From contig CAZZWS010000004.1 in the NCBI GenBank assembly GCA_964657795.1, positions 1 through 45,515 on the forward strand: a stretch of 45,515 bases of DNA, read 5' to 3'. The notes under the pieces were generated by a model. The model was given only the letters and a program-made list of their open reading frames with translations, was not told the DNA's origin and did not search any database. Made by a program: the position numbers and the translations under genes. The DNA is from Beijerinckiaceae bacterium (GTDB lineage Bacteria; Pseudomonadota; Gammaproteobacteria; Burkholderiales; Burkholderiaceae_D). Shown one piece after another: positions 1 to 9,888 of this stretch. The stretch's first letter is position 1. Every line of letters begins with the position of its first letter.

Positions 1-63
1 CCTGACGCCGCGTCCTCATCGTCGAGGCGCGTCGCTGCCGCCGATCCACCCCCGGAGCACATC

Positions 64-1905
<1,842 letters not shown>

Positions 1906-1952
1906 ACGGGTGGGCGGCGCGTTCCGGTCACGCGTCGTCCGCCGTTTCGCTG

Positions 1953-2453
1953 ATGACATCCACGCCTCCGACAGACCGGCCGTACAAGATCCCGCGGTCG
2001 GTCCTCGTCGTCATCCACACCGCTGACCTGCGCGTGCTGCTGCTCGAACGGGCGGACCGTGCCGACCACTGGCAGTCGGTCACCGGCAGCGTCGACGCTC
2101 TCGACGAGCCCCTGTTCGAGACCGCGGTCCGCGAGGTCGGTGAGGAGACCGGCATCGCCGCGCGCACGGACGGCGAGCTGGCCGACTGGAACCACACGAT
2201 CGAATACACCATCTATCCGCATTGGCGCGCCCGCTACGCGCCGGGGGTGACGCGCAACGTCGAACACTGGTTCGGCCTCGCGCTGCCGGACGACTTTCCG
2301 GCCCGCGACGTGGTGCGCGTTGCCCCTCGCGAGCATTTGCAATACGCTTGGCTGCCCTTCCGGGAGGCCGCGGCGCGGTGCTTTTCGCCGAGCAACGCCG
2401 ATGCCATCCTTCAATTGCCGCAACGATGTCAGACGCGCCCGACCTTTCCCTGA
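1953..2453 (+). CDS. nudB: Dihydroneopterin triphosphate diphosphatase (Nudix hydrolase)
   Basis: C-terminal part of ORF 1356..2453, ATG at 1953. YKIPxSVLVVI, WQSVTGS, Nudix box AVREVGEETG, RYAPGVTRNVEHWF. Classic position downstream of aspS. Confidence 0.93.
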   Translation: MTSTPPTDRPYKIPRSVLVVIHTADLRVLLLERADRADHWQSVTGSVDALDEPLFETAVREVGEETGIAARTDGELADWNHTIEYTIYPHWRARYAPGVTRNVEHWFGLALPDDFPARDVVRVAPREHLQYAWLPFREAAARCFSPSNADAILQLPQRCQTRPTFP

Positions 2454-3379
2454 CGGATCTCACCGACGAAGCCGCGTCGCTTCTCCGCGAGCGCGATGCC
2501 GTCGCGCCGATCGCGATCGAAGCCGTACCGCCCGCGGCGCGTCGGCTGCGGATGGCCACGTACAACATCCACAAGGGCGTGTCGGCGATGTCGCGTCACA
2601 ACCGCATCCATGACCTGCGCGCCGGCCTGCACGCGCTCGAAGCCGACCTCGTCTTCCTCCAGGAGGTCCAGGGCCGCAACGACCAGCACGCGGGCCGCTT
2701 CGCCAACTGGCCGGACATCGCGCAACACACGTTCCTGGCCGGCGATCGCTGGGCCGAGTCGATCTACGGACGCAACTCGGTCCGCGACGACGGCGACCAT
2801 GGCAACGCGGTGCTGTCGCGTTTCCCGATGCTGTCGCACGAGAACATCGACATCTCCGACCATCGCTTCGAGTCGCGCGGCCTCCTGCACTGCGCGCTCG
2901 ACTTCGACGGCACCGAGGTCCACTGCATCTGCGCGCATCTCGGGCTCTTCGAAGGCAGCCGCCTGCGCCAGGCCGACGCGATGATCGCGCGCATCCGCAG
3001 CCACGTCCCGACCGACGCGCCGCTCGTCATCGCCGGCGACTTCAACGACTGGCGGCATCGTCTCGGCAAGCGTCTCGTCGACAACCTCGGCGTCCGCGAA
3101 GTCTTCTCGGGTCACGAGACGCGCCGGGCCGCGCTGGTGCGTCGGTTGCGCAAGTCGCTGGAGTCCGGCGTCGATCGTCCCGTCGCAGCCTCCGAGCCCA
3201 GGAAGCTGGCGCAACCCGCGCGCACCTTCCCGAGCGCTTTTCCGCTGCTGCGCCTCGACCGCGTCTACGTCCGCGGACTGCGCATCGCATCGGCGCGCGT
3301 GCTGTCCGGGCCGACGTGGGCCCGGCTGTCGGACCATGCGCCGATCGTCGCCGAACTCGTGCTCGACGTCGTGCCCTGA
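2426..3379 (+). CDS. Endonuclease/exonuclease/phosphatase (EEP) family protein, YbhP-like
   Basis: TYNIHKG, LQEV, HGNAVLS, AGDFNDW, LDRVY and SDHAP motifs. Lies upstream of clsB as ybhP does. Start (ATG 2426) uncertain. Confidence 0.88.
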   Translation: MSDAPDLSLTDLTDEAASLLRERDAVAPIAIEAVPPAARRLRMATYNIHKGVSAMSRHNRIHDLRAGLHALEADLVFLQEVQGRNDQHAGRFANWPDIAQHTFLAGDRWAESIYGRNSVRDDGDHGNAVLSRFPMLSHENIDISDHRFESRGLLHCALDFDGTEVHCICAHLGLFEGSRLRQADAMIARIRSHVPTDAPLVIAGDFNDWRHRLGKRLVDNLGVREVFSGHETRRAALVRRLRKSLESGVDRPVAASEPRKLAQPARTFPSAFPLLRLDRVYVRGLRIASARVLSGPTWARLSDHAPIVAELVLDVVP

Positions 3380-3431
3380 ATCGGGAATCGATGGCATCAA
3401 GACGACTCTTAACGGGGATGGACGCAAGGCG

Positions 3432-3471
3432 CACGAGTCGCTCGATAGCCTTAGCTATCGGGCGGCTCGTG
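3432..3471 (+). other. 18-bp intergenic stem-loop
   Basis: CACGAGTCGCTCGATAGC-CTTA-GCTATCGGGCGGCTCGTG; fully paired on the + strand RNA using two G-U pairs; no U-tract. Confidence 0.7.
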
Positions 3472-3515
3472 AAACGCGGCGATCGCCCGGTTCCGGGTCC
3501 CGACTCAGGGCACCT

Positions 3516-4724
3516 GTGAGTTTCGAGGGCGGCAACCGCGTCGACCTGCTGTGCGGCGGCATCGAGTACTTCCCGGCGTTGATCACCGCGATCGAGCAGG
3601 CCACGAAGGAGGTCTATCTCGAGACCTACATCTACCACGACGACGACACGGGCCGTCGCATCACGGACGTGCTGTGCGCGGCGGCCCGTCGCGGCATCGA
3701 GGTCCACGTGTCGGTCGATGGCTTCGGATCGACCAATCTGGCGCCGGCCATCGCCGCACGTTTCGAGGAAGCCGGTGTCGAGCACGTGGTGTTCCGGCCC
3801 GAGAACTACTCGTGGCGCAGCGGCATCAAGTGGTTCGACCGCAAGCGCCTGCGGCGGCTGCATCGCAAGCTGGCCATGATCGATCGCAAGGTCGCGTTCT
3901 GCGGCGGCATCAACGTGCTCGACGACCTCGCCGACCCCAATCACGGGCCGCTCGAAGCGCCGCGCTTCGACTTCACCGCGCGTGTCGAAGGACCCATCGT
4001 CGGTCATATCTCCGCGTTCATGATCAACCAGTGGCTGCGGCTCGACTGGGAGCGCATCGCGAAGAAGCGAGCCGGATTGCAGGAAGCGATCGACACGTGG
4101 TTCTCGCGGCGCGAGTGGGCCCGGACGCGGGCCGCCGATGCCGACGTGCGCGTGTCGTTCGTGACGCGCGACAACGTGCGCAACCGCCGCCGCATCGAGC
4201 GCGCGTACCTCGCGGCGATCCGTCTCGCGCAGCACGAGATCCTGCTATGCAATGCTTACTATTTTCCGGGCCGTCGCTTCCGCAAGTCGCTGGTCGCGGC
4301 CGCGCGCCGCGGCGTGCGCGTACGGCTGCTGCTGCAGGGTCGTCCCGAATATCCGGTCCAGCATTTCGCGAGCCAGGCGCTGTACGACGAACTGCTCGCC
4401 GCCGGCATCGAGATCCACGAATACACGCGCAGCTTCCTGCATGCCAAGGTCGGTGTCGTCGACGATGCGTGGGCGACGGTCGGCTCGTCGAACATCGACC
4501 CGTTCAGCCTGCTGCTCGCGCGCGAAGCCAACCTCGTCATCCGCGACGCGGCGTTCGCCGTCGAATTGCGCGGGCATCTCGAGGCCGCGATCGAACACGA
4601 CGCGACGCCGGTCCGTCTCGAACATCGCGTGAAGAACGGGCCTCTGATCCGCCTGATGCACACGGCGTCGTACGCGGTGCTGCGCTTCGGCGTGGCGCTG
4701 TCGGGCGTGACGGGTCGATACTGA
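3516..4724 (+). CDS. clsB: Cardiolipin synthase B (phospholipase D family)
   Basis: Two HKD motifs (HRKLAMID, HAKVGVVD), GNRVDLL N-terminus, TVGSSNIDPFS. GTG start at 3516 inferred. Confidence 0.9.
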   Translation: MSFEGGNRVDLLCGGIEYFPALITAIEQATKEVYLETYIYHDDDTGRRITDVLCAAARRGIEVHVSVDGFGSTNLAPAIAARFEEAGVEHVVFRPENYSWRSGIKWFDRKRLRRLHRKLAMIDRKVAFCGGINVLDDLADPNHGPLEAPRFDFTARVEGPIVGHISAFMINQWLRLDWERIAKKRAGLQEAIDTWFSRREWARTRAADADVRVSFVTRDNVRNRRRIERAYLAAIRLAQHEILLCNAYYFPGRRFRKSLVAAARRGVRVRLLLQGRPEYPVQHFASQALYDELLAAGIEIHEYTRSFLHAKVGVVDDAWATVGSSNIDPFSLLLAREANLVIRDAAFAVELRGHLEAAIEHDATPVRLEHRVKNGPLIRLMHTASYAVLRFGVALSGVTGRY

Positions 4725-4725
4725 G

Positions 4726-5835
4726 ATGAAGCCCGACGACCTCGTCGTGTTGCGGCCCGAGGGCCTCTACTGCCCGCCCGGCGATTTCTACATCGACCCG
4801 TGGCGGCCGGTCGATCGCGCAGTCATCACGCACGCGCACGGCGACCACGCGCGGACGGGGCACGGCCACTACCTGAGCGCCGCGCCCGGCGAAGGCGTGC
4901 TGCGCACCCGCCTCGGATCCATCGACCTGCAGTCGCTGCCTTACGGCGAGGCCATCGTCCATCACGGCGTCCGGCTGTCGCTGCATCCGGCGGGACACGT
5001 ACTGGGCTCGGCACAGGTCAGGCTCGAACACGGTGGCCCGAGTCGTCGACAAGTCTGGGTCGCTTCCGGCGACTACAAGTTCATGGAGCGCACTCGCGAC
5101 GAACGCGATATCGACCCGACCTGCCCGCCGTTCGAGCCGGTCCGCTGCGATGTCTTCATCACCGAGTCGACCTTCGGGCTGCCGATCTATCGCTGGCAGC
5201 CGCAACGGGAGATCTTCGCCGGCATCGACGCATGGTGGCGCGCCAACGCGGCCGCCGATCGCGCGTCGGTGCTGTTCTGCTACGCGTTCGGCAAGGCGCA
5301 ACGCGTGCTGGCCGGCATCGACTCGTCGATCGGTCCGATCTTCTGCCACGGCGCGGTCGAGCCGCTGAACCGCGCCTATCGCGAAGCCGGCGTGGCCTTG
5401 CCGCAGACGACGCCGGTCTCCGAAGTGACCGACAAGACGCTGTTCCGCCGTGGCCTCGTCATCGCGCCGCCGTCCGCCGCCGGCTCGACCTGGATGCGTC
5501 GCTTCGGCGAGTACAGCGACGCGTTCGCGTCGGGCTGGATGCTGCTGCGGGGCGCACGGCGGCGACGCGCGCTGGACCGGGGCTTCGTGCTGTCGGACCA
5601 CGCGGACTGGCCGGGCCTGCACGCGGCCATCGCGGCGACCGGCGCCGGTCGCGTCATCGTCACGCACGGCCAGGTACCGGTGATGGTCCGCTGGTTGTGC
5701 GAGAACGGGCTCGAAGCCGAGGCCTTCGAGACCGAGTACGGCGACGACGCCGATCCCGAACTCGAGGCGACAACTCAGCAACCCACGGCTCGAGGTCTCA
5801 TCGAGCAGCCGAGCGACGCCGTCACGGCGTCGTGA
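4726..5835 (+). CDS. Ligase-associated DNA damage response exonuclease (MBL/beta-CASP fold)
   Basis: GLYCPPGDFYIDPWRPV, THAHGDH, GHVLGSAQ, SGDYK, ESTFGLP, LSDHADW. Confidence 0.93.
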   Translation: MKPDDLVVLRPEGLYCPPGDFYIDPWRPVDRAVITHAHGDHARTGHGHYLSAAPGEGVLRTRLGSIDLQSLPYGEAIVHHGVRLSLHPAGHVLGSAQVRLEHGGPSRRQVWVASGDYKFMERTRDERDIDPTCPPFEPVRCDVFITESTFGLPIYRWQPQREIFAGIDAWWRANAAADRASVLFCYAFGKAQRVLAGIDSSIGPIFCHGAVEPLNRAYREAGVALPQTTPVSEVTDKTLFRRGLVIAPPSAAGSTWMRRFGEYSDAFASGWMLLRGARRRRALDRGFVLSDHADWPGLHAAIAATGAGRVIVTHGQVPVMVRWLCENGLEAEAFETEYGDDADPELEATTQQPTARGLIEQPSDAVTAS

Positions 5836-7099
5836 CCGGCGGCGTCGCCTCCCGTCGCGCGCGCTGGCCGGTCGTCGCACGCAACGCGCCGATGGCGGTC
5901 TCGACCCGGTACGCCTGGACCCGATCGCGACCTCGCTCCTTGGCCGCGTGGAGCGCTTCTTCGGCCGCGGCCAGCAACTCGCGAACCTCGTCGACGTCGC
6001 TGGCTTCGGCGATGCCGATGCTGACGGTCACGCGGACCGACACCGGACCGCCATGACCCTGCACATGGAACGGCCCTTCGGCGATCACGCCGCGCAACTG
6101 CTCGGCGAGCACCAGCGCTTCCCGGCGGTACTGCGGAACCAGGATGGCGAATTCGTCGCCGCCCGAACGCGCGAGCCGCTCGGTGCGACGCAAGCGCGAC
6201 GCGAGCCGCCGCGCGACCTCGCGCAGGATCGCATCGCCCGCGACCGGTCCCCACTCGTCGTTGTGCTGTTTCAGATGATCGACGCCGATCAGCATCAGCG
6301 ACAGCGCCGTCGCGTAGCGCACGCGGAACGCCCACTCCTCGACGAGCTTGTGATCGAAGTCGCTGCGATTGGCGACGCCGGTCAGCTCGTCGGTGGTCGC
6401 GGACGCGATCAGCCGCGCCTCGAGCGCGCGGCGCGCGGCGAATTCGATCTTCAGCAGCGCCCAGAACACCAGCGACAGCAGGCTGACCAGCGTCAGCGAG
6501 CCGACCATGATCCAGGTCGACTTCTGGCTCGCATCGCCCTGCGTGTTGCGGTAGCTGCGCAGTCGCGCGCTGGCTTCTTCGCGCATCGCGGCGATCATCT
6601 CGTCGGCCTCGTCGCGCGTCCCGGCCGCCGCCGCGTCGGAGCTGCGCACGCCGAGACCGAACAGGCGATTGATCAGCGGGGCGAGACGCGACAGGCGTTC
6701 CGACTGCGCCGGCTCGTCGCCGGTCAGCGGGCCGAGTGCCGCGAGGTTGAGACGCGCCTGGAAGCGCGCGTTGTCGTACCGGTCACCCTTGTACCGGTCG
6801 CCGTCGCTGCCGTCGCGGACCCGGTCGCGGGCACGCCCGGCCGCCAGGTCGCGACCGGCCATGTCGCCGTCGCGCAGCGCGAGCTGCAGCCTGTCGAGCG
6901 TGGCCGCGATCTCGATCGTCCGGAACGAGCGTTTGCCTGCTTCGGCCGCCTCGTTGTTGACGTGGTGGACCACCAGCGCCATCACGGCCAGCACCATCGC
7001 GCCCAGGATGCTGGTCACGATCAGTCCCTGCTCGATCAGGCTGGCCCGCGGCTTCATCGGCCGGAAGATCGAGCGGAGCGGTCGCGGGATTTTGCGCAT
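5822..7099 (-). CDS. Membrane-anchored GGDEF-domain protein with a CHASE3-like periplasmic region; possibly degenerate
   Basis: Two hydrophobic segments flanking a helical sensor region, TDELTGVANR, RSGGDEF, VTVSIG, AKERGRDRV. Start could be the downstream MKPRAS Met. Confidence 0.85.
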   Translation of the reverse strand: MRKIPRPLRSIFRPMKPRASLIEQGLIVTSILGAMVLAVMALVVHHVNNEAAEAGKRSFRTIEIAATLDRLQLALRDGDMAGRDLAAGRARDRVRDGSDGDRYKGDRYDNARFQARLNLAALGPLTGDEPAQSERLSRLAPLINRLFGLGVRSSDAAAAGTRDEADEMIAAMREEASARLRSYRNTQGDASQKSTWIMVGSLTLVSLLSLVFWALLKIEFAARRALEARLIASATTDELTGVANRSDFDHKLVEEWAFRVRYATALSLMLIGVDHLKQHNDEWGPVAGDAILREVARRLASRLRRTERLARSGGDEFAILVPQYRREALVLAEQLRGVIAEGPFHVQGHGGPVSVRVTVSIGIAEASDVDEVRELLAAAEEALHAAKERGRDRVQAYRVETAIGALRATTGQRARREATPPVTTP

Positions 7100-7200
7100 C
7101 GTCGAAAGCTATCATGCCGTCCACGACGGACCGTCGCCGCCGATGCCCGGCACCCGTCCGGCCGTCGCGCGCCAGCGACGCCGCGCTCGTCCCCGACCCC

Positions 7201-9024
7201 ATGAAGTCCTTCGCCCGGCTCTTCGCAGACCTCGACCAATCGACCGCGACCCGCGCGAAGCAGGCGGCGCTGGTGCGCTACTTCGAGGAGATCGCGGTGC
7301 GCGCGCGAACAAGCACCGCCGCCGGCGACACGGGCGACGACGAGGCCGAGCGCGATGCGGCGTGGGCCGTCTATTTCCTGGCCGGGGGCAAGCCGCGCCA
7401 GACCGTGCCCACGCGTCTGATGCGCGAGACCGCACGCGACATCGCCGCGCTGCCCGAGTGGCTGTTCGACGAGAGCTACCAGGCGGTCGGTGACCTGGCC
7501 GAGACCATCGCGCACGTGCTGCCGCCGCCGTCGCGCACGTCGGACCTTGGCCTCGCCGCATGGGTCGAGGACCGGCTGCTGGCGTTGAAGGGCGCGCCGC
7601 CCGAGGTCGTGACCGAGCGTCTTGCCGACTGGTGGGACGAGCTCGACACCGGCGAACGCTTCCTGCTGATCAAGCTGATCGGCGGCGCGTTCCGCGTCGG
7701 CGTCTCGAAGCTGTCGGTCACGCGCGCGCTCGCGACGGTGTCGGGCGTGGACCCGAAGATCGTCGCGCACCGGCTGATGGGGTACACCGATGGCCGCTCG
7801 CGTCCGGACGCGGCGGCCTATCGATCGTTGATCTGTCAACCATCCGGCGAGACCGATGGCGAGCGTCCGGCCGAGCTGCGCGGGCAGCCGTACCCATTCT
7901 TCCTGGCCCATGCGTTGAACGAGCCGGTCGAGCGCTTCGACGCGCTGCTCGGCTCGCCGCACGACTGGCAGGTCGAATGGAAGTACGACGGGATCCGTGG
8001 CCAGCTCGTCGTGCGCGGCCGCGAGGCGCATCTGTGGTCGCGCGGCGAGGACCTCGTCACCGATCGCTTTCCGGAACTCGCCGCGCTGGTCGACGTGGTC
8101 CCCGACGGCAGCGTGATCGATGGCGAGATCCTGGTGTGGCGCAGCGACGACAAGACGTCACCGGCCTCGTTCGCCGACCTGCAGACCCGCATCGGCCGGA
8201 AGTCGTTGTCGAAGAAACTGCTCGCCGACACGCCGGTCGTGCTGGTGGCCTACGATCTGCTCGAGGAACACGGCATCGACCTGCGCACGCGACCGCAGGC
8301 CGAGCGTCGCGCACGTCTCGAAAAGCTGGTCAACGGCATCGATCATCCGTCGCTGCGGCTGTCGCCGGTGCTCGACGCCGACACGTGGCAGGCCTTCGCG
8401 ACACTGCGCGAGGAAGCCCGCGCGCGGCGCGTCGAGGGCTTCATGCTGAAGCGCCGCGACGCGCAGTACGGCATCGGACGGACCAAGGACGTCGGCGTCT
8501 GGTGGAAGTGGAAGATCGATCCGCTGACCGTCGACGCGGTGCTGATCTATGCGCAACGCGGCCACGGGCGACGGGCGTCGCTGTACAGCGACTTCACGTT
8601 CGCGGTATGGGATCGTGCGCTCGACCCTGGGGACGAAGGGCCCGATGGAAGCAGGCCGCGAGCACTGATCCCGTTCGCGAAGGCCTACTCGGGCCTGACC
8701 GACGAGGAGATGGGCAAGGTCGACGCCATCGTCCGCAAGACCACGCTCGAGAAGTTCGGGCCGGTGCGCAGCGTCAGGCCGACGCAGGTCTTCGAGCTCG
8801 GCTTCGAAGGCATCCAGCGCTCGAGCCGCCACAAGTCGGGCATCGCGACGCGCTTCCCGCGGATGCTGCGCTGGCGGACCGACAAGCCCATCGAAGAGGC
8901 CGACACGCTGGCGTCGCTCGAAGCGTTGATGGCCGACGGTCCGGCACCCGTCGTGCGCGAGATACCGACCATCGACGATCCCGAAGCGCACGGCGCGCAC
9001 GCGATCGACGACGCGGGCCCATGA
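7201..9024 (+). CDS. ATP-dependent DNA ligase
   Basis: Motif I EWKYDGIR, DGEI, AYDLL, EGFMLK, WWKWK, RFPRMLRWRTDK. ATG at 7201 (MKSFARL). Confidence 0.95.
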   Translation: MKSFARLFADLDQSTATRAKQAALVRYFEEIAVRARTSTAAGDTGDDEAERDAAWAVYFLAGGKPRQTVPTRLMRETARDIAALPEWLFDESYQAVGDLAETIAHVLPPPSRTSDLGLAAWVEDRLLALKGAPPEVVTERLADWWDELDTGERFLLIKLIGGAFRVGVSKLSVTRALATVSGVDPKIVAHRLMGYTDGRSRPDAAAYRSLICQPSGETDGERPAELRGQPYPFFLAHALNEPVERFDALLGSPHDWQVEWKYDGIRGQLVVRGREAHLWSRGEDLVTDRFPELAALVDVVPDGSVIDGEILVWRSDDKTSPASFADLQTRIGRKSLSKKLLADTPVVLVAYDLLEEHGIDLRTRPQAERRARLEKLVNGIDHPSLRLSPVLDADTWQAFATLREEARARRVEGFMLKRRDAQYGIGRTKDVGVWWKWKIDPLTVDAVLIYAQRGHGRRASLYSDFTFAVWDRALDPGDEGPDGSRPRALIPFAKAYSGLTDEEMGKVDAIVRKTTLEKFGPVRSVRPTQVFELGFEGIQRSSRHKSGIATRFPRMLRWRTDKPIEEADTLASLEALMADGPAPVVREIPTIDDPEAHGAHAIDDAGP

Positions 9025-9884
9025 CGACGATCGCACCGGTCCTCTACGGCGTCGACTTCACGAGCGCGCCGCGACGCGCGAAGCCGATCACGGTCGCGCG
9101 CCTCGTGGCGATGGACGCCGTTGATGGCTGCGCGAGCTTCGCGCTGGTCGGGCTCGAAGCCTTCGAGGACTGGCCCGCGTTCGAGGCCTTCCTGATGCGA
9201 CCGGGTCCGTGGATCGCCGGCTTCGACATGCCGTTCGGACTGCCGCGGGAGCTGGTCGAGGGCCTCGGATGGCCGCTCGCGTGGCGCGATCTGATCGCGC
9301 ACTACGCATCGCTGGCCCGGCCCGTCATCCGCGCGCTCTTCGTCGACTGGTGCGCTACGCGGCCGGTCGGCGCCAAGTTCGCGCACCGCGCGACCGACGG
9401 TCCGGCGCGGTCGAGCTCCTCGATGAAGTGGGTCAACCCGCCGGTCGCGTGGATGCTGCATGCCGGCGTGCCGCGATTGATCGCGGCAGGCGTGAGTGTC
9501 CCCGGCCTCGACGACGATCCGACCACGGTCGATGCGACCCGCGTCGCGCTCGAGGCCTACCCCGGCTATCTCGCTCGCGCCGTCACGAAGGCGTCGTACA
9601 AGTCGGACACGCGGTCGATGCAGACGCCCGCACGCCGCGATCAACGGGTGCGCATCGTCACCGCGCTCGAGCACGGCGACCATCCGTTCGCGTTGCGGAT
9701 CGTGCTCGACGACGCCCAGCGTGCGGTGCTGATCGACGAAGGCAGCGCGGATCGACTCGATGCGTTGCTGTGCGCCGTCGAAGCCGCGTGGGCCTGGCGA
9801 CGGTACGTTGAAGGCCATTCGCGCTACGGCCTCCCGGACGCCATCGATCCGCTCGAAGGATGGATCGTGGGCGTGCCGCGATGA
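9021..9884 (+). CDS. DUF429-like protein (predicted RNase H-fold nuclease)
   Basis: C-terminal part of ORF 7560..9884; ATGA overlap with the ligase stop; GVDFTSAP, GFDMPFG, LEAYP and DRLDALLC acidic motifs. Confidence 0.78.
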   Translation: MTTIAPVLYGVDFTSAPRRAKPITVARLVAMDAVDGCASFALVGLEAFEDWPAFEAFLMRPGPWIAGFDMPFGLPRELVEGLGWPLAWRDLIAHYASLARPVIRALFVDWCATRPVGAKFAHRATDGPARSSSSMKWVNPPVAWMLHAGVPRLIAAGVSVPGLDDDPTTVDATRVALEAYPGYLARAVTKASYKSDTRSMQTPARRDQRVRIVTALEHGDHPFALRIVLDDAQRAVLIDEGSADRLDALLCAVEAAWAWRRYVEGHSRYGLPDAIDPLEGWIVGVPR

Positions 9885-9888
9885 CGCC

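Noticed and set aside
6776-6799. GTACCGGTC duplication in the GGDEF gene (GDRYKGDRYD)
   Set aside because: Small in-frame duplication with no evident function.
7100-7200. LexA/SOS box upstream of the repair genes
   Set aside because: No CTGT-N8-ACAG seen by eye here, before clsB or at 13635-13753.
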